Assembly: GCA_963741955.1 (NCBI GenBank)
Contig: CAVUKB010000001.1
Span: forward strand, 256,001-320,000
Reading direction: 5' to 3'
Source of the DNA: an uncultured Acidobacteriota bacterium
GTDB taxonomy: Bacteria > Acidobacteriota > Thermoanaerobaculia > Gp7-AA8
DNA: 64,000 bases
The notes beneath the pieces are model-generated. The model was not told where the DNA came from, made no database searches, and saw nothing but the letters and a program-made list of their open reading frames with translations. This document shows positions 27,809 to 37,877 of this stretch, piece by piece. Position numbers and translations under genes: made by a program. Numbering within the stretch: position 1 is the first letter of the stretch; the number at the start of each line of letters is the position of its first letter.

Positions 27809-30579
27809 ACAGACCAACTACGCGGTGGGGGGGAGTGCTGCAAGTTGTTTTCTCAATGTCGCTCCTGGCGTTTTTCGGCGTGGATGCACATGCCGGCTGC
27901 AACTGGTCGTCTCGATACAGCGGGGCCTACCGCCACTCCGCGCTCGACGTCTTCGTCGACGGGAACGATCTCTGGTCCGCGACCTCGTACGGAGTGACGC
28001 TCTACGACCGGACCATCGATCCTCCCCGGCCGATCGGTTCCGTGGAGGTGCCGGGACCGACGTCGCGTGTCCGTGCCGGGGGAGGGTTCGCGTGGGCCGC
28101 GAGCGGATCGTCGATCTACGCGATCCGCAAGGGTACGTTCCCCGTCCTGGCGGGCGCGGTCGATACCGGGGGGACGATCAATGATCTCCTCTACTCGCCT
28201 CCCTACCTCTACGCAGCGACCACGGACGGCATCGTTCAGATCGATCTCCTGGTGTCGGACCAGCCTCTCGTCGCAGGCCGCCTCTCCACGACCGCGGGTG
28301 GCGCGAAGTCTCTGACGCTCCTCAACGGTGTTCTCTACGCCGCGGATGGCGACGCGACTCTGGACGTCTATTCACTGGCGGTGCCGTCACTGCCACAGAA
28401 GATCGGAACCATCGACACGCTTCCGCGGGCGTCGTTCGTGGCGACGATCGGCGATCGGCTACTCGCATCGGACGGATTCCAGACGGATGTCTTTTCCGGC
28501 TCGGGAACGGCCATGTCCCGTCAGGCGCGGATGAGCGAGGTCGGTGCGGTCGGATTGTTTCCTTCGACGGCGCAGGTGGGATTCATCGCGGACGGGAACC
28601 GGCGGCTCAGGGCGGTGGATCTCACCGATCCCACGCGCCCTTCGATCCTCTTTTCGTGGGACCTCATCCCCTCGGGTGGCACCGTGACGCGATTCACAGC
28701 CATCACCGGAGCGGGCGGACGCCTGTACGCCGCGGCCGGTGATTCGGGAGTGGTGACGTTCCGGATGAACGGATTCGAATCTCCTTATCCCCTTCGCGAA
28801 TACGGCATCGGAGCGACTTCGAGCATCGCCTCGTTCGCCGATCGAGTGGTTCTCGCGTCCGATGCCGGTGGTCTGATCGAGATGATGCGCTCCAACGGAC
28901 TCCTCGTACCGTCGAGATCGTGGGATGCACCGAGAGTCTCGACGATCCGCGACTCGGATCCGGGGAAGGTTCTCTCTTCCTCCGGTGCGCAGCTCTTCCT
29001 GTGGGATCTCACGCCTTCGATACCGGTACTCTCTTCGACCGCGACCTTTCCCTCTGGGGTCAGGGCAGCAGTCCTGTCCGGGAACGGGGCATGGGCGGCG
29101 CTCACGGACGGCTCACTCTGGAAAGCCGATTTCTCGCTTCCGTCCGCCACGCTGACGAGAGTCGACGTTACGGGCTTTTCACCATCGTTTCTTGCGCGAA
29201 GCGGAGCGTCGATCGCGTCTGCGGAGCTGGAGCCGGACGGAACGACGAGAGTGCGTTACTTTCCGGACGGAGATCTCTCGGCGCCGCAGCAGGGAGTGAG
29301 CTTCGAGGGAGCGACGGTGAGCGGGATCGCGCTGAATGCGGCTGGAACGGTCGCCGGCGCGACGTTCAAAGGAATCAGCGTCGCTCGCTTCGGTACAACG
29401 GGTGGGGTTCAGGTACTTCCAGGCAGCGCCACCGGTCCGATCCGGGCTCTGGCTCTTCAGGGTGACATCCTTGCGGCATCGACTTCCAATCAGCTTCAGC
29501 TCTGGAACGTCGCCTCCGGCACGCTCGTCCGGAGTCTTCCTCTTCCGTCCGATGCTCGCGCCGCTTCCGCATTTCCGGCCTCGCCGTTTCGAGTCGACGT
29601 CGCGACCTCTTCGGGAGTGGTCTCGGCCATCGATTCTCCCTCCAGCGTTCTTCCGGAGTTGATCCCCGCCACCTCGACCAACAGCTACTACCGCTCCATC
29701 GCCGCTGGCCCCGACGTTCTCTGGCTCGCGTCCGATTCCGGAGTGGCGGCGTACGACATGGACGGCGTGCAGCCACATCTGCGGACGCTCCAGTCCGTAC
29801 CGGGTGCGGTCGGCGTCGCGTCGGTCGGCGATCTGGCCTACGTTCTGACGACATCTCTCGAGGTCGAGGTGTTCGATGCTTCCGGGCGGTTGATCCGGCG
29901 GGCGAGCGTGGCGGAAGGGAACGATGTTGTTCCGCTGGGAATCGCGAACGGTGCCGGCGCGGTATGGGTCTCCATCTCCCGCGGATGCCTCAGCGGCTCG
30001 TGCGAGAAGACGACTCTCGTGCTGGATCCCGCGACGCTGCAGCAGACCTCGTCGATGAGCGGCGAGGTCGTCGATGCAGTGCTGGCGGCGCCGGATGCGT
30101 TCGTCCTCTCCGCACTCCCTGACGAGATTCGTGTGGTGAACGTCGCCGGTCCGCTCCACCCGCTGATCCGGCGTTCCCGTCCCTCCGAAGGAAGCGCAGT
30201 CTCGATCGCGTATTCGGGGAACGCCGGGGCGATCTACACGCTCGGCGAACGGCTTCTCGTGTACGACGAGATCTCTCTTTCTCAGATCGGGACACTTCTC
30301 GACCCGTGGAGCCGCGACGACAGTGGCCGGGTCTCGTTCGTCGACCAGCGGGTGCGGATCCACGACGGCTGCGCAATCGTGGCGGGACGCTCGTTTGCGC
30401 CGGCGCTGTTCCAGATCCGGGACGCGGTGAGCTGGGATCCGGTGAGTGCGCCTTCCGTTCCCGCGGCGGTACGCGCCATCGCGAGTTCGCCGGGAACCTT
30501 TTTCCTTCTGAGCGACTATTCTCTCGAGGTGTGGAGCACGCAGCCGCCACCGGTCCACCGCCGGAGCGTCGAGCGCTGA
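27805..30579 (+). CDS. Secreted beta-propeller-like (LVIVD-like repeat) protein
   Basis: Signal peptide ending DAHA; repeated LYAA(D)...P blades; basic C-terminal tail PPPVHRRSVER. Confidence 0.7.
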   Translation: MNRPTTRWGGVLQVVFSMSLLAFFGVDAHAGCNWSSRYSGAYRHSALDVFVDGNDLWSATSYGVTLYDRTIDPPRPIGSVEVPGPTSRVRAGGGFAWAASGSSIYAIRKGTFPVLAGAVDTGGTINDLLYSPPYLYAATTDGIVQIDLLVSDQPLVAGRLSTTAGGAKSLTLLNGVLYAADGDATLDVYSLAVPSLPQKIGTIDTLPRASFVATIGDRLLASDGFQTDVFSGSGTAMSRQARMSEVGAVGLFPSTAQVGFIADGNRRLRAVDLTDPTRPSILFSWDLIPSGGTVTRFTAITGAGGRLYAAAGDSGVVTFRMNGFESPYPLREYGIGATSSIASFADRVVLASDAGGLIEMMRSNGLLVPSRSWDAPRVSTIRDSDPGKVLSSSGAQLFLWDLTPSIPVLSSTATFPSGVRAAVLSGNGAWAALTDGSLWKADFSLPSATLTRVDVTGFSPSFLARSGASIASAELEPDGTTRVRYFPDGDLSAPQQGVSFEGATVSGIALNAAGTVAGATFKGISVARFGTTGGVQVLPGSATGPIRALALQGDILAASTSNQLQLWNVASGTLVRSLPLPSDARAASAFPASPFRVDVATSSGVVSAIDSPSSVLPELIPATSTNSYYRSIAAGPDVLWLASDSGVAAYDMDGVQPHLRTLQSVPGAVGVASVGDLAYVLTTSLEVEVFDASGRLIRRASVAEGNDVVPLGIANGAGAVWVSISRGCLSGSCEKTTLVLDPATLQQTSSMSGEVVDAVLAAPDAFVLSALPDEIRVVNVAGPLHPLIRRSRPSEGSAVSIAYSGNAGAIYTLGERLLVYDEISLSQIGTLLDPWSRDDSGRVSFVDQRVRIHDGCAIVAGRSFAPALFQIRDAVSWDPVSAPSVPAAVRAIASSPGTFFLLSDYSLEVWSTQPPPVHRRSVER

Positions 30580-30615
30580 TGTTCAGCAGGCCGCCGGTCA
30601 CAGTATGATTCACGA

Positions 30616-31374
30616 ATGAAAAAGATCCGCGTCTCGACTACGTCCGACACCTTCTCGATCGAGCTCGACGCGCCTCCTCTGAATATCCTCGACATCGGAA
30701 TGCTCGAGGAGCTGAGGGACGCTCTCGACGAGGTGGACTCCGACCGCCATCTGGTGGTGATCTCTGCGGCGGGCGAAAAGACATTCTCCGCCGGCGCTTC
30801 GGTGACGGACCATCTCGGCGAGAACGTCGCTACGATGCTCCGCGTCTTTCACGACTGTTTCCGCCGTCTTTCACGACTCGAAGTGGTCTCGGTCGCCCTG
30901 GTCAAAGGGGTAGCGCTGGGGGGAGGATGCGAGCTCGCGTTGGGATGCGACTTCGTGCTGGCCTCGGATCAGGCGATGTTCGGTCAGCCGGAGATCAACC
31001 TCGGAGTCTTTCCGCCCGTCGCGGCCTGGCAGTTGTCCCATCAGATCTCGCCTCGCCGCGGCCTGGAAATGATTCTGGCGGGCGATTCGATCGACGGGGC
31101 CACGGCGCTGCAGCTGGGAATGGTGAACGCCGTCTTCGGCATCGCGGAGTTCGATGCGCGAGCCGAGGCGTGGCTTGCCCGGCTGCGCCGCCACAGCGGG
31201 TCGTCACTCCGTCTCGCGAAGAGGGCTTTCCGGATGGCTTCCGCCGAGGACTTCGAAGTGAGACTCGAGCGAATCGAACGGATGTATCTGGATGAGCTGA
31301 TGACTACGGACGATGCGAACGAGGGCCTCGCTGCGTTTCTCGGGAAACGGCGTCCGGAGTGGAAGCACCGCTGA
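30616..31374 (+). CDS. Enoyl-CoA hydratase/isomerase (crotonase family, Dch-like)
   Basis: PPLNIL, FSAGASV, ALGGGCEL, FGQPEINLGVFPP. Confidence 0.92.
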   Translation: MKKIRVSTTSDTFSIELDAPPLNILDIGMLEELRDALDEVDSDRHLVVISAAGEKTFSAGASVTDHLGENVATMLRVFHDCFRRLSRLEVVSVALVKGVALGGGCELALGCDFVLASDQAMFGQPEINLGVFPPVAAWQLSHQISPRRGLEMILAGDSIDGATALQLGMVNAVFGIAEFDARAEAWLARLRRHSGSSLRLAKRAFRMASAEDFEVRLERIERMYLDELMTTDDANEGLAAFLGKRRPEWKHR

Positions 31375-31419
31375 ATCGCGCTCCGCTGCAGAAATCCCGT
31401 GAATAGTCCGGGTTAAGGA

Positions 31420-31637
31420 CAATGGCCCGAACTCAAGGGGCACTGTCGCTGTTCATAGAGCAGATGCGCGGAGTTACTGCGCATCTGCCGCAGGTGTCGT
31501 CTCGTTGCGTTCTGAAGGCGATCTGCGCGGCCACGGCGGGAGCCGTGGCGCCCCTCGGAGAGGGGATCCTTCGCTGCCCAGCAAGCTCGCGCCGACTCCC
31601 GGCTGACACGCGGATCTTGCTTAAGTTCGGGCCATTG
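31420..31637. mobile_element. IS4-like MITE, 218 bp
   Basis: TIRs CAATGGCCCGAACTCAA / TTAAGTTCGGGCCATTG (16/17); exact 10-bp direct repeat GGGTTAAGGA at 31410-31419 and 31638-31647. Confidence 0.85.
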
Positions 31638-31651
31638 GGGTTAAGGACCCG

Positions 31652-32056
31652 TCACTCGTCCTGTTTCGCGAACGTGACGGTCAGCGAGTCGCTGAACTGG
31701 ATGGTCACCGTCTTCCCCGGGGTAGCGAAGGTGAGAAAGTCGACCGTGACGACGACCCCGGAGCTCTTGTCACCACACGCGACGGGCATGGGACGGACCA
31801 CCCGCAGCTCACCGAGCTGCTCGGCAACTTGCCGCCCGCTGTCGTCGAGCCATTTCACGGGAGGACTCTTCTTCGCGTCGATCGCCTTCGACAGAGCCTG
31901 GGCTTCCTGGAAGGTCATCATGCCGGTCAGGAGGGTCAGAATCTGCCTCCGCTCCTGTTTGCGTGCGACGTATTTGTTGACGCATGCGGCGTTGGCGGAG
32001 ATCGTACCGATGAGAGCAACGGCGACGGTGGTGACGGCGAGGGACATAGGGCGCAT
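31652..32056 (-). CDS. Secreted hypothetical protein
   Basis: Signal peptide ending ANA, two Cys. Confidence 0.65.
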   Translation of the reverse strand: MRPMSLAVTTVAVALIGTISANAACVNKYVARKQERRQILTLLTGMMTFQEAQALSKAIDAKKSPPVKWLDDSGRQVAEQLGELRVVRPMPVACGDKSSGVVVTVDFLTFATPGKTVTIQFSDSLTVTFAKQDE

Positions 32057-32127
32057 GGACGGATCCTTAAGGGACTTGGCGCTGCTGTAGGCAGTTTAGC
32101 CGATTCGAACGTCTCCTGACACGGTTC

Positions 32128-33147
32128 TCAACGGTTCGGCTCCGGGGGAGGAGGATTGTTTCCGGGAGTTTTCGCCGGACGCTCCGGCTGCTTCGACCAA
32201 CGGATTTCGATCCGCGTCTCTTCCCCCTCGTGCGGACCGCCGGTCGCGCCGGCGGGTCGTGGTATGCGGCTGAGCAACCGGAGGTCGGGACCGGCCTCAC
32301 TCCAGACGAGAGCCCGGCGAGGGGGAAGCGGCCAGTGGCCCTCAACGGCGGGAAGACCGAAGGCGAAAATCGCCGCGGCAACGAGTGCGACGGCCAGGAG
32401 AGGAAGAACGGCGGCCGCTTCCCGCAATTCGGAACCGGCGAACTGCTCGAAACGGAGCCTGGGGACGCGCGAGGCATTTTCGAGAAGCGTGACCACGGCC
32501 GCGACCGCGAATGCGAACGTCGCTGCGTGGTAGCCGGTGAGCCACCCCCCTGCTGCGCCGATTCCGAACGCCAGCGGAATCCTCAGCATCCAGCGAATGA
32601 GGCGCTCGGAGGGGAGGTCCATCTCGTAGAGACCGGCGAGGATCTCGATCGTGCGTCGCTCGAGAAGGAGGATCTCCCAGACGGCGATCGCGCCGGTGAG
32701 CACGGCCCAGGCGAGGGGGGAGATCAGGAAGTTCCTGCCGCCGAGAGAGAAGACGGGGGGCTGAAAGGCGTTCGCGAGAGCGCCCACGATCACCAGATCG
32801 AGGCCGAGAGCGAGCGAAAAGAATCGCCCGGCGAGTGACTGTCGCAGTGGCCAGAGCCAGACCACGATGAATGCGAAGACGAGCGAGGCGAGACTCGTCA
32901 CCAGCGCCGTCGGAGCGGAAGAAGGGAGCTGTGCAGCCCATGGAGCCCGGAGCGGATCGTCCAGAAAAGGGGCGTATATCGAGGGGGGGAATGATGCGTA
33001 CCCCGGCGCGATCAGGCGAATCACTCCCGCCACGAAGAGGGAAGCGAGCTCGAATCCGAGCAGATGCGACGCGGCGGAGACGACGAAGAGCCGGAACGAT
33101 GACGGCCCCCGCCGGAACCGGACGCGATTTTCTCCGTATAGAGTCAT
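32128..33147 (-). CDS. Hypothetical multi-pass membrane protein
   Basis: About 7-8 hydrophobic segments; start estimated at MTLYGENR. Confidence 0.6.
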   Translation of the reverse strand: MTLYGENRVRFRRGPSSFRLFVVSAASHLLGFELASLFVAGVIRLIAPGYASFPPSIYAPFLDDPLRAPWAAQLPSSAPTALVTSLASLVFAFIVVWLWPLRQSLAGRFFSLALGLDLVIVGALANAFQPPVFSLGGRNFLISPLAWAVLTGAIAVWEILLLERRTIEILAGLYEMDLPSERLIRWMLRIPLAFGIGAAGGWLTGYHAATFAFAVAAVVTLLENASRVPRLRFEQFAGSELREAAAVLPLLAVALVAAAIFAFGLPAVEGHWPLPPRRALVWSEAGPDLRLLSRIPRPAGATGGPHEGEETRIEIRWSKQPERPAKTPGNNPPPPEPNR

Positions 33148-33278
33148 GAAAGCTTTGCGGCCGCGACGATCCGCTGCGCCGTCCTCCGCCCCCGGCGGAC
33201 GACTTCGGTGACCACTCCGGCCGGGGACGCTGTATCTTAGTGCGGGAAGGGGTGAGAGTCGAAGCGCCTCGATCGAAG

Positions 33279-35294
33279 ATGACGACATTCCGCAAGAATC
33301 TTCTGATTGCGTGGGCCCTCTCGTGCGTGATGCTCGCGGGTTCGCGGTGGCTTTCGAGCACTCTTCCATTCACTGGAAAGATCTTCCCGCTCGACCTGAT
33401 CGCCGGACTCGCTTCGGTGCTCCTGGTCATCACCACCGTTCTCTGGATCGCGATCCTGATCCGGCTGATTCTGCGGAAACTGTTCTGGAGAGTCGGTCGG
33501 CGTCTGGCCCTCAGTTACCTGATGATCGGCGGGCTCCCGTTCCTGTTCCTCGCCGTTCTCCTCCTGGTGGTCGGCTACACCGCGGCGGGGGTTTTGAGCC
33601 AGTCGCAGTTCCGGTCGGAACGGACCGCGTCCCTCAACCGGCTCGACGAGTGGAACCTCGAGTACGCGCTGACGGGGAACAAACCTCCCGCTGCTCTGAA
33701 GACCCTGGAGATCTACGACACCTCGAACGGCAGCGCGGGGAAGCTGCCGGGATGGGTGAGGGAGCGGAGCTTCAAAGGGATGGTGGTTCGCGACAAGCAC
33801 GCGCTGCTGGTCGCGTCGAGGCTTTACCGGGTGAAGAGCGGCTCGCGCACCGTGGTGTTCGTGCAGCCTCTGGACGAGGAATGGCGCGCCGCGCTGATCG
33901 AGAAGAACGGCATGAAGAGCGCCATGTCGATCTCCCGGCAGAAGACGACGACCCGGGTCGGCCCGGTGGTCTATCGCGACGACTCGAAACCTTCGAAGGG
34001 GGGCGTGCGGGTGGAGACGCCCGGGAAGGGTTACGACATCGTCCCGGATGACGAGGATGTCTTCGAAAAGTTTTTCTCCAGGGCGATCAACCGGAAGGGA
34101 GTGATCTGGGGAGATCTCACTCCGTCGCTCACGGCGTGGGAGACGGGGGAGGTCCTCGAGGACACCAAACTCTTCACCTTCTTTTCCAACCCGTGGGCCA
34201 ACCTCCTCGACTACTTTTACAACAGCCCGACCTACTTCAACGCGGTGACTGCAGTGATCCTCGTGGTTGCCGGCGTCCTCGCGGTCTTTTACTTCCTGGC
34301 GGTGCTTCTCGCCACCGGTCTGATCTTCTCCATCACCCGGGCGATCAACCGGATCGATCGCGGGACGAAGGCCGTCGAGCGGGGCGACTTCACCTACCGC
34401 ATCGACATGAAGCCGCGAAACCAGCTGGGCGAAGTGGCGCACTCGTTCGACAAGATGACGGCATCCGTCGTCTCCCTTCTCAGCTCGGTGGGCGAGAAGG
34501 AACGCCTCCAGAGCGAGATCGACATCGCCGCGTCGATCCAGCGGAATCTACTGCCGAAAGAGGGGCCGAGCTTCCGTGGCGTCTCGTTCGCGGCGCATTT
34601 CGAGCCGACTGCTTCGATCGGTGGCGACTACTACGACGTGTTCAATCTCGACCGGTCACGACTCGCGGTCGCCATCGGAGACGTCTCGGGTCATGGACTC
34701 TCCACCGGTCTGGTCATGGCCATGGTGAAAGCGGCGATCACGACACTGGTCGAAGAGGGCGCGGACGAGTCCGCACTCTTCCGCCGGCTGAACGAGCTGG
34801 TATTCCGTTCCACCGAGAAACGGGCGTTCATGACTCTCGGCTTCACGATCTTCGATCTCGACAGGCGGACCATCCGCCACACCAATGCGGGACATCTCTA
34901 CCCGTACGTTCTGCGAAAGGGAGAGGCACCGATCTCGATCGAGGGACCGTCGCTTCCGCTCGGGGTACGTCCCGACATTCAGCCGAACACGGTGGAGATC
35001 CCGCTTCTCGAAGGGGACACGCTGGTGTACCTCTCAGACGGTATTGTGGAATCTCTCGACGCTCACGGAGAGCCGTTCGGGTTCGATCATCTGGAGAAGA
35101 TTCTCTCCGGAATGAGCGGCGCATCGCCCGCGGTGATACAGAACGAGATCCTCGCCTCCATGGTGCGACACACCGGAGCGGCAGTGGCGGAGGACGACCG
35201 GACGCTGATGGTCCTCCGCTTCGATCAGCTGACACTCGAGTCGGTCGCCGCGGGTGACGCGATCAACGAGCCGATGGTCGAGACTCGGGGCTGA
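33279..35294 (+). CDS. Membrane HAMP + SpoIIE/PP2C phosphatase (RsbU-like)
   Basis: IQRNLLP, IGGDYYD, GDVSGHG, NAGH, LSDGIVE, EDDRT. Confidence 0.93.
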   Translation: MTTFRKNLLIAWALSCVMLAGSRWLSSTLPFTGKIFPLDLIAGLASVLLVITTVLWIAILIRLILRKLFWRVGRRLALSYLMIGGLPFLFLAVLLLVVGYTAAGVLSQSQFRSERTASLNRLDEWNLEYALTGNKPPAALKTLEIYDTSNGSAGKLPGWVRERSFKGMVVRDKHALLVASRLYRVKSGSRTVVFVQPLDEEWRAALIEKNGMKSAMSISRQKTTTRVGPVVYRDDSKPSKGGVRVETPGKGYDIVPDDEDVFEKFFSRAINRKGVIWGDLTPSLTAWETGEVLEDTKLFTFFSNPWANLLDYFYNSPTYFNAVTAVILVVAGVLAVFYFLAVLLATGLIFSITRAINRIDRGTKAVERGDFTYRIDMKPRNQLGEVAHSFDKMTASVVSLLSSVGEKERLQSEIDIAASIQRNLLPKEGPSFRGVSFAAHFEPTASIGGDYYDVFNLDRSRLAVAIGDVSGHGLSTGLVMAMVKAAITTLVEEGADESALFRRLNELVFRSTEKRAFMTLGFTIFDLDRRTIRHTNAGHLYPYVLRKGEAPISIEGPSLPLGVRPDIQPNTVEIPLLEGDTLVYLSDGIVESLDAHGEPFGFDHLEKILSGMSGASPAVIQNEILASMVRHTGAAVAEDDRTLMVLRFDQLTLESVAAGDAINEPMVETRG

Positions 35295-35385
35295 GTCGTT
35301 CGTTCGCTTTTCGGTGTTGAGCCGGTCGTCGCGAGATCGCATCGTGCCGGAGTCCCGAATCACCACCGGACTCCCGTGAGCCGTT

Positions 35386-36156
35386 TCAGTCGGAACCGGT
35401 TCGGCCCGATGCGATGGAGGAGGGGGGAGCGTCATTGGAGAGCGCGGCCGTGCGCGTCGAATCTTCGGCGCTCCGGAGATGGCGGGAGATCCGGCGAAGA
35501 TACTCGACCGTCTCACGAAACGGAGGGACTCCCTTGTATTTCCAGACGTTCCCTTCGCCCGCGTTGTAGGCCGCAACCGCGAGATCGACCTTTCCGTCGA
35601 ATGTGGTGAGGAGCCACTTCAGGTAACGGGTACCGGCGTAGATGTTCGCCACCGGATCGAACGAGTCGGAGACTCCGAATCTTCGCGCGGTGGCGGGCAT
35701 CAGCTGCATCAGCCCGCGTGCCCCTTTGCGGCTGACGATGCGGGGATCGTAATCGGATTCCGCCTTGATCACCGCAGAGACGAGAGCCGCGTCGACGTCG
35801 AACTTCTTCGCCGCAGCGACAATCACTTCGTTGTACCGGCTCGAGAAGAGCGGCCCGCTCCCGGCGTCATATCTCCAGGAACGGTCGGGGAACATCGACA
35901 TCGCGACCGCTGCGTCGACTTCCTGAGCCGGCACGACTTCATCGTCGACGATCCGCTCGACCCGGTCGATCGGGAGCTCCACCGATCCTCCGGCCGCCAG
36001 TACGAGCCGCATCACCGAACCGCTCGCGCGGTAGTCGGTCACCTTCAGCGTCCGGCCATTGGTCAGAACGGCGATGTCGGCGCGCGCGGCGGGGATTCCG
36101 CCGAGCGCGAGTGCGGCGATCGTGCCGAGAGCCAGGATTCGAGCGAGAGATCTCAT
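35386..36156 (-). CDS. Lytic transglycosylase (SLT domain)
   Basis: VIKAES, GARGLMQLMPATA, AAYNAGEG, PPFRET. Confidence 0.92.
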   Translation of the reverse strand: MRSLARILALGTIAALALGGIPAARADIAVLTNGRTLKVTDYRASGSVMRLVLAAGGSVELPIDRVERIVDDEVVPAQEVDAAVAMSMFPDRSWRYDAGSGPLFSSRYNEVIVAAAKKFDVDAALVSAVIKAESDYDPRIVSRKGARGLMQLMPATARRFGVSDSFDPVANIYAGTRYLKWLLTTFDGKVDLAVAAYNAGEGNVWKYKGVPPFRETVEYLRRISRHLRSAEDSTRTAALSNDAPPSSIASGRTGSD

Positions 36157-36192
36157 CGTCTACGAGAACAGGAACCGGTTACGGGAGGTCGA

Positions 36193-37149
36193 TTATGCCC
36201 GCGGGTGGTACGAATCATAGACCTTCTGGAGCCTCGCCCGCGTGATGTGGGTGTAGATCTGCGTGGTGGAGATGTCGGAATGCCCGAGCATCATCTGGAC
36301 CGAACGGAGATCGGCGCCGTTTTCCAGAAGGTGGGTGGCGAACGAGTGACGGAGCATGTGAGGCGAGATGTGGGTCGGGATGCCCGCCTCCCTGGCGTAT
36401 TTCACGATCCGCAGCCAGACCGTCTGGCGGCTCATGCCGCGGCCGCGGTTGGAGAGGAAGAGTGTCGCATCTCCATGCCGGTCGTAGCTCGGGCGCGCGG
36501 CCGACAGATATTCGAGGATCGCCTCTTTCGCGGTATCGCCGAACGGCACGATCCTCTCCTTCGATCCCTTCCCGATGGTGCGGAGGAATCCGGCGTCGAG
36601 CACCAGGTCGTCGATCACCAGGCGGATCAATTCGCTGACTCGAAGACCGGTCGCATAGAGCAGCTCGAGCATGGCGCGATCGCGGAGACCCGCAGGCGTG
36701 GTGGTATCAGGAGCCGCGAGGAGCGCTTCCACATCCTCCGAGCCGAGTGTTTTCGGCAGATTCGACCAGAGTTTCGGATTCTCCACGTTCTCCGTCGGAT
36801 CCTTCACGAGCGTCCGCTCAGCGACCAGGAAGCGGAACATTCCGCGGATCGCTGCGAGAGCGCGCGCCACGGAGCGGGCAGAGATTCCGCTGGTGCGGAG
36901 GGACTGGAAGTAGCGGACCAGATGGATCCGTTCGACGGCCGTGGTCTCGATCGCCTGGGAGGCCAGAAAATGCCCGAAGTGCCGCAGGTCACGAGCGTAC
37001 GCGTCGATCGAATTCTCTGCCAGTCCCTTCTCGACCGCGAGGTAGTCGAGGTAAGTCGGGAGATGAGTGGTGAAAAACTCCGACGTCTCCGGGGCATCCG
37101 GATCGACGCTCCGCGGCGTGAGGTGCACTCGTTTTCCACCACCGTCCAT
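36193..37149 (-). CDS. xerD: Site-specific tyrosine recombinase XerD
   Basis: RDRAMLELLYATGLRVSEL, GKGSKER, SPHMLRHSFATHLL, LGHSDISTTQIYTH. Confidence 0.95.
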   Translation of the reverse strand: MDGGGKRVHLTPRSVDPDAPETSEFFTTHLPTYLDYLAVEKGLAENSIDAYARDLRHFGHFLASQAIETTAVERIHLVRYFQSLRTSGISARSVARALAAIRGMFRFLVAERTLVKDPTENVENPKLWSNLPKTLGSEDVEALLAAPDTTTPAGLRDRAMLELLYATGLRVSELIRLVIDDLVLDAGFLRTIGKGSKERIVPFGDTAKEAILEYLSAARPSYDRHGDATLFLSNRGRGMSRQTVWLRIVKYAREAGIPTHISPHMLRHSFATHLLENGADLRSVQMMLGHSDISTTQIYTHITRARLQKVYDSYHPRA

Positions 37150-37244
37150 TCCCGAACATGGTACGCGATTTCGTCGGGTCGAGAGATCGGCCGCCGTCGA
37201 CGGGACGGACGCCGCTCCGGTTTTCGACTCCGGCCCGGATCTTC

Positions 37245-37330
37245 AGATCCACGATCCTCGATCTCAGACCCACGATCCACGATCCACGATCCACGATCCT
37301 CGATCCTCAATCCACGATCCTCGATCTCCG
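37245..37330. repeat. 7-bp tandem array (CACGATC/CTCGATC)
   Basis: About 12 units; reverse complement of the 25.5-kb unit. Confidence 0.88.
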
Positions 37331-37340
37331 ATGCTTCTCC

Positions 37341-37838
37341 TCAGCCCTGATCGACGATGATCACCGGATCGACGCCGGCATGCGATCCGTCCGGATGCCA
37401 GACTTCGATCGCGTATTCGTAGCTGCACTGTCTGAGCGGCAGGTCTTTCCCGCTCCTGCAGCCGTTCGCCTTCCCGAGAGTGGCCGCGGCGGGAAGTTCG
37501 CATCGCGGGACGCGCTGGCAGTTGAGGGAGGGCGACGTGTTCGGATTTGCTTTGTCGGGGTGGTGGGTGAATTTGACCGAGAATGATGCGACGCCCTCGC
37601 CGGCCGTCCACGTCACGGTGTCTTTACCTGCCGTGATCACGACCGTCGGCCGGTCCGGGTCTGCATTCGCGTCGATGACGACCTCGTGGCCCGGACCGTT
37701 GCTCGTCGGCACGGGGGGTGGATTGCCGGGCTCCGTCCCGGCGCCTGTGTCAGCGGCGTTCCGGCAGCCGGCGAGAAGGAAGGGGAGAAGGAAGAGCAGA
37801 GGGACGAAGAGGGTGAGCGCGAGGGTACTCTTTTTCAT
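37341..37838 (-). CDS. Hypothetical lipoprotein
   Basis: Lipobox LAGC, GGAGG RBS. Confidence 0.7.
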   Translation of the reverse strand: MKKSTLALTLFVPLLFLLPFLLAGCRNAADTGAGTEPGNPPPVPTSNGPGHEVVIDANADPDRPTVVITAGKDTVTWTAGEGVASFSVKFTHHPDKANPNTSPSLNCQRVPRCELPAAATLGKANGCRSGKDLPLRQCSYEYAIEVWHPDGSHAGVDPVIIVDQG

Positions 37839-37877
37839 CAGACCTCCCGGGAGGGCGTGAGACTCAGGGCGAGAGCG

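Noticed and set aside
36193-37149. Prophage or island integrase
   Set aside because: Canonical XerD sequence in a housekeeping context; no att site, tRNA or phage genes
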